Below the pieces are notes generated by a model that saw only the letters and a program-made list of their open reading frames with translations, ran no database searches and was not told the origin of the DNA. From Vitrella brassicaformis CCMP3155 (taxonomy: Eukaryota > Protista > Chromerida): a DNA stretch of 64,000 nucleotides. The number at the start of each line of letters is the position of its first letter. The first letter of the stretch is position 1. A program made the position numbers and the translations under genes. The stretch covers positions 223,383 to 287,382 of the forward strand of contig CDMY01000718.1 of NCBI GenBank assembly GCA_001179505.1. The letters run 5' to 3'. Of the stretch, positions 12,752 to 23,617 are shown piece by piece.

Positions 12752-13897
12752 ATGAGTTTCCTCCAGACAGACGCGGAGCGCGCCGCAGCGATGCGCGAGA
12801 GCGGACCCAAAGTCACCGTCTACTCTGTCCGGGTGAGCATTGAGCAGATCGTGGGACGCTGTCACTCTTTCTCACTGTGTGCGTGTGTGGGTGTGCCCTT
12901 ATACTTCAGTTTGAGAAGCCTCGTGACAAGAAGAGTTGGGATTCCTACCCTGTGGGCATGAGGAACCTCGAGTTCACCGTGTTCACCACAGAAGCATACG
13001 AGAAGAGGTACGCACGCTGCAGCCATGGCTGCGGAATTGTGTGCGCTGTATGTGCAGCGTTGGTGAGTTCGTCGGTGACGTGATCGACCTGGCGAAGGGG
13101 TACTGCAACGATGACGTGCCTGAGAAGGCGTTCGACCCGGAGATGTCCCTGAAGTACGTCGTTGCGATGATATGTAACCCCGATATCGACAAGATCTACG
13201 TGGCGCCACTCACACAGGAGAACATCCAGGTGTGTGTGCACGGCGCCACACATGCATACACCACACCGACCCTATCGATGTGTATACTGTATGTGTCAGT
13301 TGGGACTGTTGGCGGCTCGGATGAACGTCAAGTGCATCGACAGCACAGGCAAGACACTGATGGTGAGGACACCAATGGCACTGCTGTAAAGCCTATCATT
13401 ATCACATTGGTATGTGTGGATTGATGGTCCTTCAGGGCAAGCCGGCGCAGCGGTTCGATCAGGGCGTGCCGATGGGATTCAACCCCGACATCTGTGTGAG
13501 TGACACACATGCAGACACGAGACGCATACCACTCGCAGATGCGTGTGTGGATGGTGTTGTCTTGCCTTGGTTATGTCAGTTGGTCAAGACGTTCAAGCTG
13601 CAGATGTACACCGACTTTGAGTGCCGCTACATCGACCACCAACTGGCCAAGGCCACGGTGGGCAACACACAATATCAGAGAGACAGAGAGAGAGCGGGGG
13701 AGAGGGCACCCTCAGTGTGTGTGTGTGTGTGTGTGTGTCAGGATGAGGGCATGCCCTGTCTGTCCACAATCCGCGCCATGATCAAGGACACGAAGGCATA
13801 TGACGACATGACGCTCCTGGCTCTCGCCAACCACGCGATAGCCAAGTCGAAGCTGCAAGCGCACGACGTCAGCAAGAGCTATGCGCTGGCTGATTGA
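12752..13897 (+). CDS. Hypothetical protein, ~255 aa, 7 exons, divergent from KIFBP
   Basis: Clean GT-AG exons with globular composition (VGEFVGDVIDLAKGYCNDDVPEKAFDPEMSLKYVVAMICNPDIDKIYVAP...LVKTFKLQMYTDFECRYIDHQLAKAT). No family recognised. Confidence 0.7.
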
Positions 13898-14343
13898 CGT
13901 ACTGTTGGGACACACGACGAGCATGCATGAAGCGAGGGGTGGGGGTGGGGCGTGATTGTATCATGTACGGGCACGTGTATAGGCAGGCAGGTGTGCTCTC
14001 CATTGGTTTATGACATGGTGTACAGATAAGCTACCCGGCATCGCATTTGTGCTCTCCCGCTTGTGGTTGTCACCCGCGTGAACTCAGTGTGCGCGTGCGT
14101 GTATATGAGTGTGTTCGGACCATGTGTACAAGATGAACTTGACGCATAAAATGCCACATATCTCTTGACGTCCTTGGCAAATCACGCACTGACAAAGTCA
14201 TGCACCTTTGAGAGACGTACAAATACACAAGAACAAAGCCTCTGTTGACATAAAAAGCACCACAGTCTGCCTTCAACCTTGAAAAAGGAAATGTCCGCCT
14301 TTCCCAGTCTCCCTGCGGGCCCGCTGGATGGCCTGCTTGTCTG

Positions 14344-15956
14344 TCACTTGTGCTTGATGGGTATCTGTCTTCCCGACGCCATGTCCCGAATCTTCCTCGG
14401 CTTCACCTGCGCCCAGTTGAAGACGATGTACTCATCTCCCGTTCCCATGCCGGTCAGATGCACCGAGTCGTATCCCTGTGCTTTGAGGCTTGTGTGGGTG
14501 TACTGGCCAGACTGGGCCGCAGGAACCGTGAGGGTCCTTCCCAGAAATACTCGCGCCTCGATTATGCAGCCTCGGTGATGGGCCTTGCCTCTTGTGGCCT
14601 GTTCGGACGCCGCACTGACGAGACACATCGACACAGGCACACATGAGACAGAGACAGAAGGATGGTGACTACATGGTTTCCGTGGTTTCGCCTGCTTACA
14701 AGTAGATGCCGCCCCCGACGATGCCCGCCGCTCCCCGCATCATCTTCCCGCCCGACGCGATGGCCTGAGCTGCCTGGGGGCTCGTCTGGTGGTAGAGAGT
14801 GACGCCTTTGGGGCATTCGCTGGCCCAGTGGTCGCTGTTGTCGCTCCTGCAGAGGCGGCAGTGGTGGAAGTGGCGCTCCCTGCAGCCCCTGACTTTGCAT
14901 GGGGCCGGGCAGTCCCTGGTCAGGTGGCTGTTGATCTTGCCGCACCGTCGGCACTTGTGTGTGGAGTGGTTCTCCCGGCAACCTCGCACGCCGCACGACT
15001 AGCGACGGGGGGACTCTGAACGGGTACGGCGCCGGGACGAGGCAGTGCCCCGCTGCTGCTGTTGCTGCTGCTGGAAGATGGTGCTGAAGAGATTCATTGC
15101 TGCAATCAGCAAACCAGCCCACGCCGCAGCAGGGGCCTGAAGGAACATGCAAGTACACGGTGAGAGATTTGAAGTGTCTGTGAGTGCCCTGCCCACCGGG
15201 GCTGCATTGGTGTTCTGGTTGGTCTGCTGATAGGTGTTCTGATTGGCCGTCTGGTCGGTGTTGTCCTGCTGGCCAGCTCCTGTGGCGGGCGCAGGGGGTG
15301 GCGGAGGCGGTTGCTGCATCATTGACATGAGCAGCTGCGCCACACAATGCCAAAGAACACACCATCGGCCAGCCTTCGCATCCACCGAGTGCATGCGCAT
15401 GAGCGTACCTGCATCATGGGCTGCATCATCGGGTTGGCGCCACCCGGGGAGCCAGACGAGCAGCCAGACGACCGACGAGACCTGCGGGACGATGCAGCCT
15501 GACAGCCACACACAACAGACAGCAGCACCAACCATCAATGCATTGAATGCGGCCTCCCCCTCCCCTCGTACCGTGCTGTCGTCCGATTCGTTGCCGTCAT
15601 CATCACTTCCACCCGAGTCAGCAGCCGACCGCGCCCGACTCGACGAGGCCTTTCGCAGCTTGGGGCATGCAGACGAATAGTGATCAGAGTCCTGCACACA
15701 CACAAACACACAGAGAGGCGGTTCTGTCGCATCATCGGCCTTGGTTCATGTTGGCACAGGACCGCGTCGCCGCAGGTCTTGCAGTAGTGCTTGCCCGTCT
15801 TCTGGCAGTTGGGGTGAGTGCAGGAAGGGATCCTGCAGCCGCCGGAGCGACTCGGAGCCTGACAGACAGAGAAGGACGCATATCAAGCAGCGAAGAAGGA
15901 TGTGTCCAGGATGCGCGAGCTGTCCGTCATGAGCCAATCTTCCACACCTGCGACAT
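14344..15956 (-). pseudogene. Zinc-finger Gig2/PARP-like ADP-ribosyltransferase (copy 2) with an in-frame TAG
   Basis: ATG 15956 (MSQ|APSRSGGCRIPSC...). Paralog of 6915-8722 with the H-Y-E triad intact (LYHQTS, GIY|FA, GDEYIVF). Codon 14999-15001 is TAG where copy 1 has CCG (Pro). Confidence 0.8.
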
Positions 15957-16267
15957 TCGACGATGCCGCCGCCTGCCAGGCACCTCCAAAACGTCGGAAA
16001 AAAGGAAGAGGTCGTTTCCCTTGGTGCGAGCTAGCCTCGTAAATCCTGTTCGTCGGGCTAGCCTACGAGTCTCGACATCCAATTCCTACTTCGGGGCTAT
16101 TCCTGTCGAGGGTAGTTTGTCCTCACAAATCGTTCCCCGCTGTCGCCCTGGCGTCAAAGCTCGTTTCTGTGCTTTTTTTCCCATCTCGCCTCTTTCCCTT
16201 TGCCGGCCAAGGCAACAAGGACTGCCACAACACGCCCCCTTCCTTCGTGAGCGCAGAGAACCAAACC
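15957..16267. promoter_or_regulatory. Putative bidirectional promoter between ART copy 2 and PARG copy 2
   Basis: 311 bp between divergent predicted ATGs (15956 on minus, 16268 on plus). Contains GCTAGCCT twice (~16030, ~16057). Confidence 0.5.
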
Positions 16268-18442
16268 ATGCCAGCTCACATGGTAAGCCGGGCACGCACA
16301 CACGCACACACGCACACAGCAAGGCAGCGGTGCCTGTGATGTCTGTGCCTGTGCGCAGTCGGACAGAGGCTGCCGTGTCCGCGGTTGCACCTTCGCCAGC
16401 TGCCAGAAAACCGGCCGCCACCATTGCAGCAATTGCGATAACACAGACTCGGACCACTTCGCCACTGATTGCCCTTACGGACGCGGGAGACACAGTATAC
16501 CCTCGGTGAGCTGACACCCGCTCTCCACTTGTGCGTCTGTTGCCATTCCATCTCTCTGTGTTTCCTGTAGGGCGGGCGCCACTCGCCCAACAATCGTCAC
16601 TCATCCAGCAGGGAGGGCTCAAGACAGCCGAAAGGCCGTCGTGTTGGGTGCCGGGTGCCTGGCTGCTATCATGCCAACTGCCTGAGAACCGGACACCATT
16701 ACTGCAAATGGTGCAAGGACACCGACTCTGCCCACTTCGCCGCTGATTGCCACCGCAAGCCCGGCTTCAGCGGGGAATACCCAGCAAACACGGCTTTGGT
16801 GAGTGGGCCAAACAAACGGGGACCGCTGCATGAGCCCATTTGGTGTGTCTGCTCATGCTCTTAGGCATTTTCATTGCCCTGGCCGTCGTTCCCATTCTGG
16901 TCGCACTACCCGTCACCCCAGTACAGCTCCCCTCGCAGCATCCAAGACATCCTTGCCCACCACGCCACAGATGAGGGACGCGCAAAGGAGCCCACGGACG
17001 TCACTCGTCTGCTGAGCACGCTGCAGTCGGCCATGGGCGGCCGAGGGGGCAGCTTCCATGGCGTGGAGAGGGTGCTGACCTCCACCTTCATCGACGAGAC
17101 GCTGCCCGTCCTGTGCGGCATCCTCTCCAGGGGTGACTCCAGCTTCCCCCTGCAGCCGCCATCCAGCCACCCACACAGCACAATGGAGAAAAAGATGACG
17201 GCTCGGCAGTGCTTCGTCCTCATCGGTGCGGGCTTCCTCTGTCTGCACCAGCACGGAGACGGCAGCCTCAACTTCGATCGCCTGTTCGACAACCACACAC
17301 CCTCTGGCATGGCCAAGCTGCAGTGCTTCATCCACTACCTGGACGTCATGGCGCGGACAATCAAGCAGGGCAACACCGCCGAGACGGAGCGTTTGGTCGT
17401 GTTCCAAGCCCTCAGCAGCCCCGAGGCGGGTATCCACGAGTGGGCGACATCGACCGCCCCACTGGTGGATGTGCGCTTCGTGCAAGGCACCCAAGCGTCC
17501 ATCTTCGACGCGCCGGCCATCCGCGGGGACTTCGCCAATGCCCACATCGGCGGCGGGACACTGGGGAATGGTACGCACACAAAGACGAGAGACAGACAGG
17601 TTGATGTGCATCGATTCACATGTGTCTTTTCCGTCTCCATCTCTCTCTCTGTGTCTGTGTCTGTGTGTGTGTGTGTCTGTGTCAGGTGCGGTGCAGGAGG
17701 AGATCTTGTTCTCGATCGAGCCCGAGTGCCTCGTCGCCCGCCACCTCTTCCCCAGAGCCATGCAGCCCACAGAGGCCTTCATGATCGTCGGCTCCAAGAC
17801 GTTCAGCAAAACATCTGGCTACGGCCGCGAGACCCTCCGCTTCGCCGGCCCTGTCCTCGACACCGCCACCACGAGACACGTCGATGGCCATCCGGTTCTG
17901 AACAAGTACATCGTGGCCTTCGATGCCGTCAACTTCGGCGAGCACAGGGGCGATCAGCAGTACGACGAGAGGTGCGTGCTGCGGGAGCTCAACAAGGCAC
18001 ACGCGGCATTGCCACTGCAATGGCCAATTGGCCGGCTTGGCCTTCGCGACGGGTGAGTGAGGCACACACAGAATGGCCATCTTGTCTTGTCTGCACATCT
18101 GCGTCGGTTCGTGTGTCTGCGTGTCTCTGTCCAGGCAATTGGGGCTGTGGTGTGTTTGGTGGCGACCCCCAGTGGAAGCTGCTCATCCAGTGGTGTGCTG
18201 CGAGTATCGCCGGCCGCCCGCTGCACTACTACCCGCGAGACGAGCGCAGCATTATGGGCGCCGAGCGCTTCATCCACAGCCTGAAGGCCGCTGGGTGCGA
18301 CACTGTAGGCGGGCTGGTCCAGCTGATGTGTGACAGGCGCACACAGAGGGCCATCGCGGGGCGGAATCGAATGTCGGCATTCGAGGCCATCAAGGCGATC
18401 GTCACGGAGCGGAGCAGACCATCCCCACCACCCGTGGTATAA
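16268..18442 (+). pseudogene. PARG: Double-zinc-finger PARG (copy 2) with a +1 frameshift near 18011
   Basis: Exons 16268-16282, 16359-16505 (GCRVRGCTFASCQKTGRHHCSNCDNTDSDHFATDCP), 16571-16798, 16865-17570, 17686-18052, 18135-18442. GGG..QEE intact. An extra G at 18011 puts the NWGCG exon out of frame. Confidence 0.8.
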
Positions 18443-18527
18443 GCTGCCCCTCCATACCTGTCTGCATCAATCTCATCGGCTTTGTGCGTTTGTGTGCCAG
18501 TCTCGCAGCTCGTTGCCTCCATCCCAC

Positions 18528-19287
18528 ATGCAGCACTACTCGCCCCAGTTCGCATTGACCGACGCGCCTGCAACGTCACCCACGACACGTCAAGTCGGCC
18601 AGCGCAACGTGGTGAGCCGTCAGACAGAAGTGAGGTCCTGTAGTCATGCCTGTCTGTCTGTCCCCAGGCAGCCCTCGCTGCGTCTCCCATGTTGTCGGCC
18701 GTCACTGCAGAGGGTCATCACACGACTCGGGAGAATCCGAGAGAGGTCCGCCGAGACACAACGCACATGCGTCGGTGTTCGTGACTGATGGTCCATGTCG
18801 ATTGATGTGCTGTTATTGTTTTGCCGCGGCAGGCTGAGCACGCTCCTCTGGTCGACACGGCCGGCAACAAACCGACCACGAGCACCAAGAAGATCGACAA
18901 CAAGGCGGACATCGACACGGCGAAAACGAGCGGCAAAAAGTGAGCATTCGTGTCTCACTGCAGTGAGGAATCAGTGGACAGAGTCTGCATGTGTCTCTGT
19001 GTCCATGTCGTGTTGTCAGGGTCGACCACGTATTCGAGTACGTGCCGATGAAGCATCGTCGGCCCGCTAAGGTGGAGCTCAAGGGCTCTTTCGACGGCTG
19101 GCAGCGTCGTTACCAGATGCACTGGTCGCCCGAGAACAGCTGCTACGTGCTGCCTCTCTCGCTGCCCCCGGGCAAGCACATGTATAAGTTCATCGTGGAC
19201 GACAGGTGGACATGTGCATACACGCAACCGAAGGACAAAGATGGAGCTGGCAATACCAACAATGTACTCACCCTCCGACTTGACTGA
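18528..19287 (+). CDS. AMPK-beta-type glycogen-binding (CBM48) domain protein
   Basis: Last exon VDHVFEY...KVELKGSFDGWQRRYQM...YVLPLSLPPGKHMYKFIVDDRW...KDGAGNTNNVL is a typical AMPK1_CBM. Three upstream phase-compatible low-complexity exons. Confidence 0.8.
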
Positions 19288-20749
19288 CACGGCGCGGGGA
19301 CGGGGAAGGGTGCATACAACGGGGGACGCGACATGAGTCTTACTTTTATTTCAATCACAGTGGCGGTAGACGAGAGAGGACCTTGTAGGTAGTATGTTTG
19401 GATAGTCATTTTAGATTCTGCTTAAGTTGTACGGTCACACTTCATGGCTGCGTGCACTCGTTGTATGACACTCTGCGTGCACTTGGTTGTTTGACGGTAG
19501 GTCTGGTCTGCGTGAGACTCTTTGCACGGAGCATGAAAACGGATTTGTTCGGGAGACACCGACGAACGAAACGGCAAATATAAAATGTAAGCAGCGATAT
19601 AAGGCTCCCCACCCATCCATGACCCGGCCCCTTGCCGGCCTACTCGCTGACTCACCGCGGCAGATATATGGATGGGGAAGAGGTGCACACGTGAGTGACC
19701 GCGGCTTGGCCACGTCGAAGGGCTCATTACGTAATCAACCGACCTGCACCACAGAACACACACCACACAGTGGCACACACAAATAGGCATCGCGCAAAGT
19801 ACACAGCGTCGCGTGTCGCGCTGACCTCCTTGTTGGCGAAGACGACGAATGGATGGCCAAGCGGACAACGGGGCTACGGTGAGCAACTGCAGGTAAGAGA
19901 CACACAGCAAGACACCAAGACAGACAGACAAACAAACATGACCCACACGTGTGTGATGTGTATACGAGCGAACCTGTGTGTGGGTGGGGTGCGGAGGTGA
20001 GTATGGACCATTACACACAGACGGACAGACGCAGAGAGCCGACGCGGACACACAAAGCAAGACAGCCAAGCAGCCGGACGGACAGACAAATGTGCAGGCG
20101 GAAGCGTCCTAGGCGAATAAACGTCCATCCAGTAAGTACATCGATCCATAAACCAAGGAAAAACAAGGAGGTGCAAACACGTCGGTCGGTCGGTCGGTAT
20201 GTCGGTCGGTCAAGACAAAAAGAGGCGTTGCTCCTCTCGCTCCTCGTCAGACAGTGAGGCACCGCTCTACACATACGCCACACACCACACCATCATGCCA
20301 CGGCCTTTGTGCCCTCTCTCCTGACATTCTGCTCGTGGGTTCAGCGTGGCCACCGGTAGCTTGAGGAAGCTTCGAATCTTCTTCTTGAGATCCGACGTCG
20401 CCTCCGACAACTCCTGCAGCACCACCTTGCGTACTCAAAAAGTATCGCATCAAGCTGGGTCTTGCTCATGCAATGGATGCGGCCATACACCTCAAGGTCC
20501 TTCAGTCAGCGATGCTGGCAATGCGACCGACGTCCTGCGTACAACAAACAGCCGATCACACGGATGCGCTCTCTCCCTTTCGTTGGCGTGTTCTCAGTGC
20601 TCGTTGGCTACCGCTTTCTTGGCTTCCGGTGTGTCGTCAGTCGCCTTTCTTGGCTTCCGATGTGTCGTCAGTACACCACTCACCACCATTTAATGGCCTT
20701 TGTGCCCCTCTCTCTAACGCTTTCCTCGTGTGTTCACCGTGGCCGTCGG

Positions 20750-23617
20750 TGGCCGTCGTCGTGACACAGTGTTCCGTTGGTGTCGGAAACGGTGTTCCGT
20801 TGGTCCTTCAGGCACGCTCAAATTGTCGTCCTCGTCGCTCCACAGCCCCTGAAATCATCAGAAATACACTCGGTCTGCAATGACTCTGCATGCTATTATG
20901 CGTACATCCTACCTGCAGGCATAAGGGCTGTCGTAGTAGTAGGTAGGATGTATCCTCGAGGATATCCTGCATTGACAGTTGGGCCCTGCCAGTTCGAAAA
21001 ACGAATCCCGTTCTACATGTACTTTTCACCTCCAGATATCTCACGGCGACGGGGTATGTGGTGCCGCGTATAAAACAGACTGGCGCTCTGTGGAAAACGA
21101 AGAGCAGAGACATACAAGAGAATGCCATTTGTGTACGACTTAATGTCATGTCTTATCCAGCTCACTCGTCAAAGTACTCGCTGATGACGTGCTCCTGGAT
21201 TGTTGCCGATAGCAAAACCACACTCAGCTTCTTCTCTCTCTGAATCGGTATAGGAGGCAAAAGTCTAACAGATTCAAAGAGAAAGAAGTCTTTCTTTCCA
21301 CCTCCGCCAAAATGTCCTTAAAGATTGCCAGCAAGACATCGATCTGCTCTGTGCGCTCGTGCACCTCATCTATGAGCACGTGGGTGAAGTCCATCAACAA
21401 CGGATCTGCTGCGAGCCCCTGCACGCCCACATAAATGCAAATGAAACAGAACACAGCAAAGTGTTCATGCGCCGAAACGTTTCTCACTTGATGGCAATGC
21501 CCGTAGTGACAAAAAGGATTTTGGTGTGGTTGCTGCATATGCTTTGGTGTCTGGAACAGAAGTACTCGAAATCAGGTCGCTGCAAGAAAGCGATTTAGAC
21601 CTACCGGATTCTGTAGCTGACAATGTCTCCGAGCTTGTCGTTGAGCTCTTCGCTCACTCGCTCTGCCACGCTTGTGGCGGCGGGGCTGCGAAGAAGCAGA
21701 AGCAGGTAAAGAAAGCCACAAGCGGGCTGGATTGAGGTCGTCTCAATCTACTCGCCTGGCCCAGTCCTGCGCAAACACCGAGTATGTATAGGCTTACGCC
21801 AGTCAGCACATCGGATGCAGATCTACCTCGAGCAGGTACTGCGGCACCTGAATGGTCTTGCCTGCAGCAAAAGGCAAGAAACAAGAAAGACTCCATGCAA
21901 GAAAGTCTAGTTTCTTGCAGTAGCTACCGCAGCCTGTCTCTCCCGCAACACCGGTGCCCTTGTTGTTGTTGATAGTGTTGATAAGCTCGACTCTGTGGCC
22001 GTACGCCGGCAGCCCCTGATGCGACACAGGAGAGCTGTGAGAGAAGCGGACACGCGAGTATGTTTCATAAGCGCTTCACTCTCCCTCGGCCAAGCGCACA
22101 CAGGTGCACGTGCCATTGCTCGTTTCTAATCCATGCCCACCTTGTTGGCCGCAAATCGATCAATGCTGCCTTCGGTCCGCCGTAGTCTTGCGGTTCGTCA
22201 GACAGCGGCAGGGTTGACGCCATCAGCCTCTGTCTTCGTCTCTGCTTGGTGCCTCAGGGTGAAAATCTGCGACCGCTGTGCCCCACCTGAGAGAGACGCA
22301 GGGACACCGTCTGTCTCTTGTATCCTCTTGTCTCACCCCTGCTTTCCACAGCTTCAGATGCATCTCATCCTTCTTCCCCTTCTGAGAAGCTGGGTGAAGA
22401 GCCGGGCTTCGGGCACTGCGACGCAGCGAGCCGTGTTCCACACTCCCCGACTCGTCAGAGCTGCGATTGAAAAGCTACCAGGATGGTCACGTCCCTGCCT
22501 ACGGCGACCCCATCTTCCGCTTTCTCCCTCTTGTAGTCGGAGACGCGCACCGCCTTGTGATGCAGACGGCGACCGGGTGGCGCAGAGCTGGACCGTGACT
22601 TTGACGATGCAAAGGTTGCGGAGACAGGCAGCTTCTCCGATGGCGTGGTGAACGACGGGCTCAAGATGGTGCGGTCGTCAAGGGCGCGGGCCGACGGCTT
22701 CGAGCGCCCTCGAGATACGGCAGCATCCGCCCCTGATTTCGCGACGTCAGTCTCTGATGTGCCTCTGTGGCGGTGGTTGTGCGGGCAAGCCCCTGGTGTA
22801 GAGGGCGAATAAGACACTCTGGGGACACACGCCGCAGCAGGCGGGTGCTGCCGCTCTTGCTGCTGTTGCCTGCTGGTGTCACCAGCTGACAGGTGTGCTT
22901 CTCCAGGCATATCCGTGGTCTGCATGGAAAAGTGTAAAAGCGGGTTGCATGCAGCACGCACTTGTAAGCCCTGCCGTCCTTACCTTGATTCCTTTCAGAA
23001 GATCAATTTCACGTCGCATCTCCCTGATCTTTCTGTTCCTCTGTGAATAGGGAAAGAAAAGAAAGAGAAAAAAAAACATACACACACACACAGACAGACA
23101 GACACACATCTGCTCTGGAAGGCACGCAGGTGACACATGTATGTAAACTGCTGACCCTCCAGCCTTCTCGTGAGCTGCTCCGTTTCCCTGGCGTTGTATT
23201 TCCAGCTGAGGAGACATTGCAGTACAGACAAGGCGGTGCGGCATGAAGTGCCTTTCTCTTCCGCACTGGAGTGAAGACAGACAAACCGATAAATGACGAC
23301 TGATCGTTTTATTTGTGTAGACAAACTTACGCGTCATATGACGCCTTCATCGCTGGGAGCTCATTGCCCACATTGACGGCAAAGCGTTCGGCAGTCTTAC
23401 GGCGCGAACGCTCGCTGAAGGATGAACACAGAAGCAGAGATGCGAAAGATCCACACATACGTATTTCATCATCCAATACTTCTGCAGCTCTTCTTCTGCC
23501 TTTCGGCGGGCTCCTCGCTGCTCCTGCAGTTCTTTTCCGAGGCTGAATGAACCGTGGTGTCCGAGCCAAGCCGTATATCCGCTTGTTTCCATGAACGCTC
23601 GTTGTCGTCCTGTTCAC
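20750..23617 (-). pseudogene. Truncated/degenerate DEAH-box (DHX36/57-like) RNA helicase
   Basis: GETGCG|KTIQVPQYLLE, ATSVAERVSEELNDKLGDIVSYRIR, THVLIDEVHERTEQIDVLL, VVLLSATI, GTTYPVAVRYLE|DILEDT. Frameshift in motif Ia (~21670-21690). No RecA2/HA2 domain follows. Outer limits uncertain. Confidence 0.65.

Noticed and set aside
14999-15001. Reassigned TAG or programmed readthrough
   Set aside because: I saw no in-frame TAG in the conserved exons of PSMC2, DYRK or KIFBP, and the TAG-TCG context is not a known readthrough signal.
16874-18442. 522-aa single ORF as an intact PARG
   Set aside because: It reads through two introns and is off-frame across the QEE exon. It is an artefact of stop-free introns plus the frameshift.
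20290-20440. AP2-like or other domain in a short minus-strand helical exon (RKVVLQELSEATSDLKKKIRSFLKL)
   Set aside because: No beta-sheet AP2 motif upstream; too little evidence to name it.
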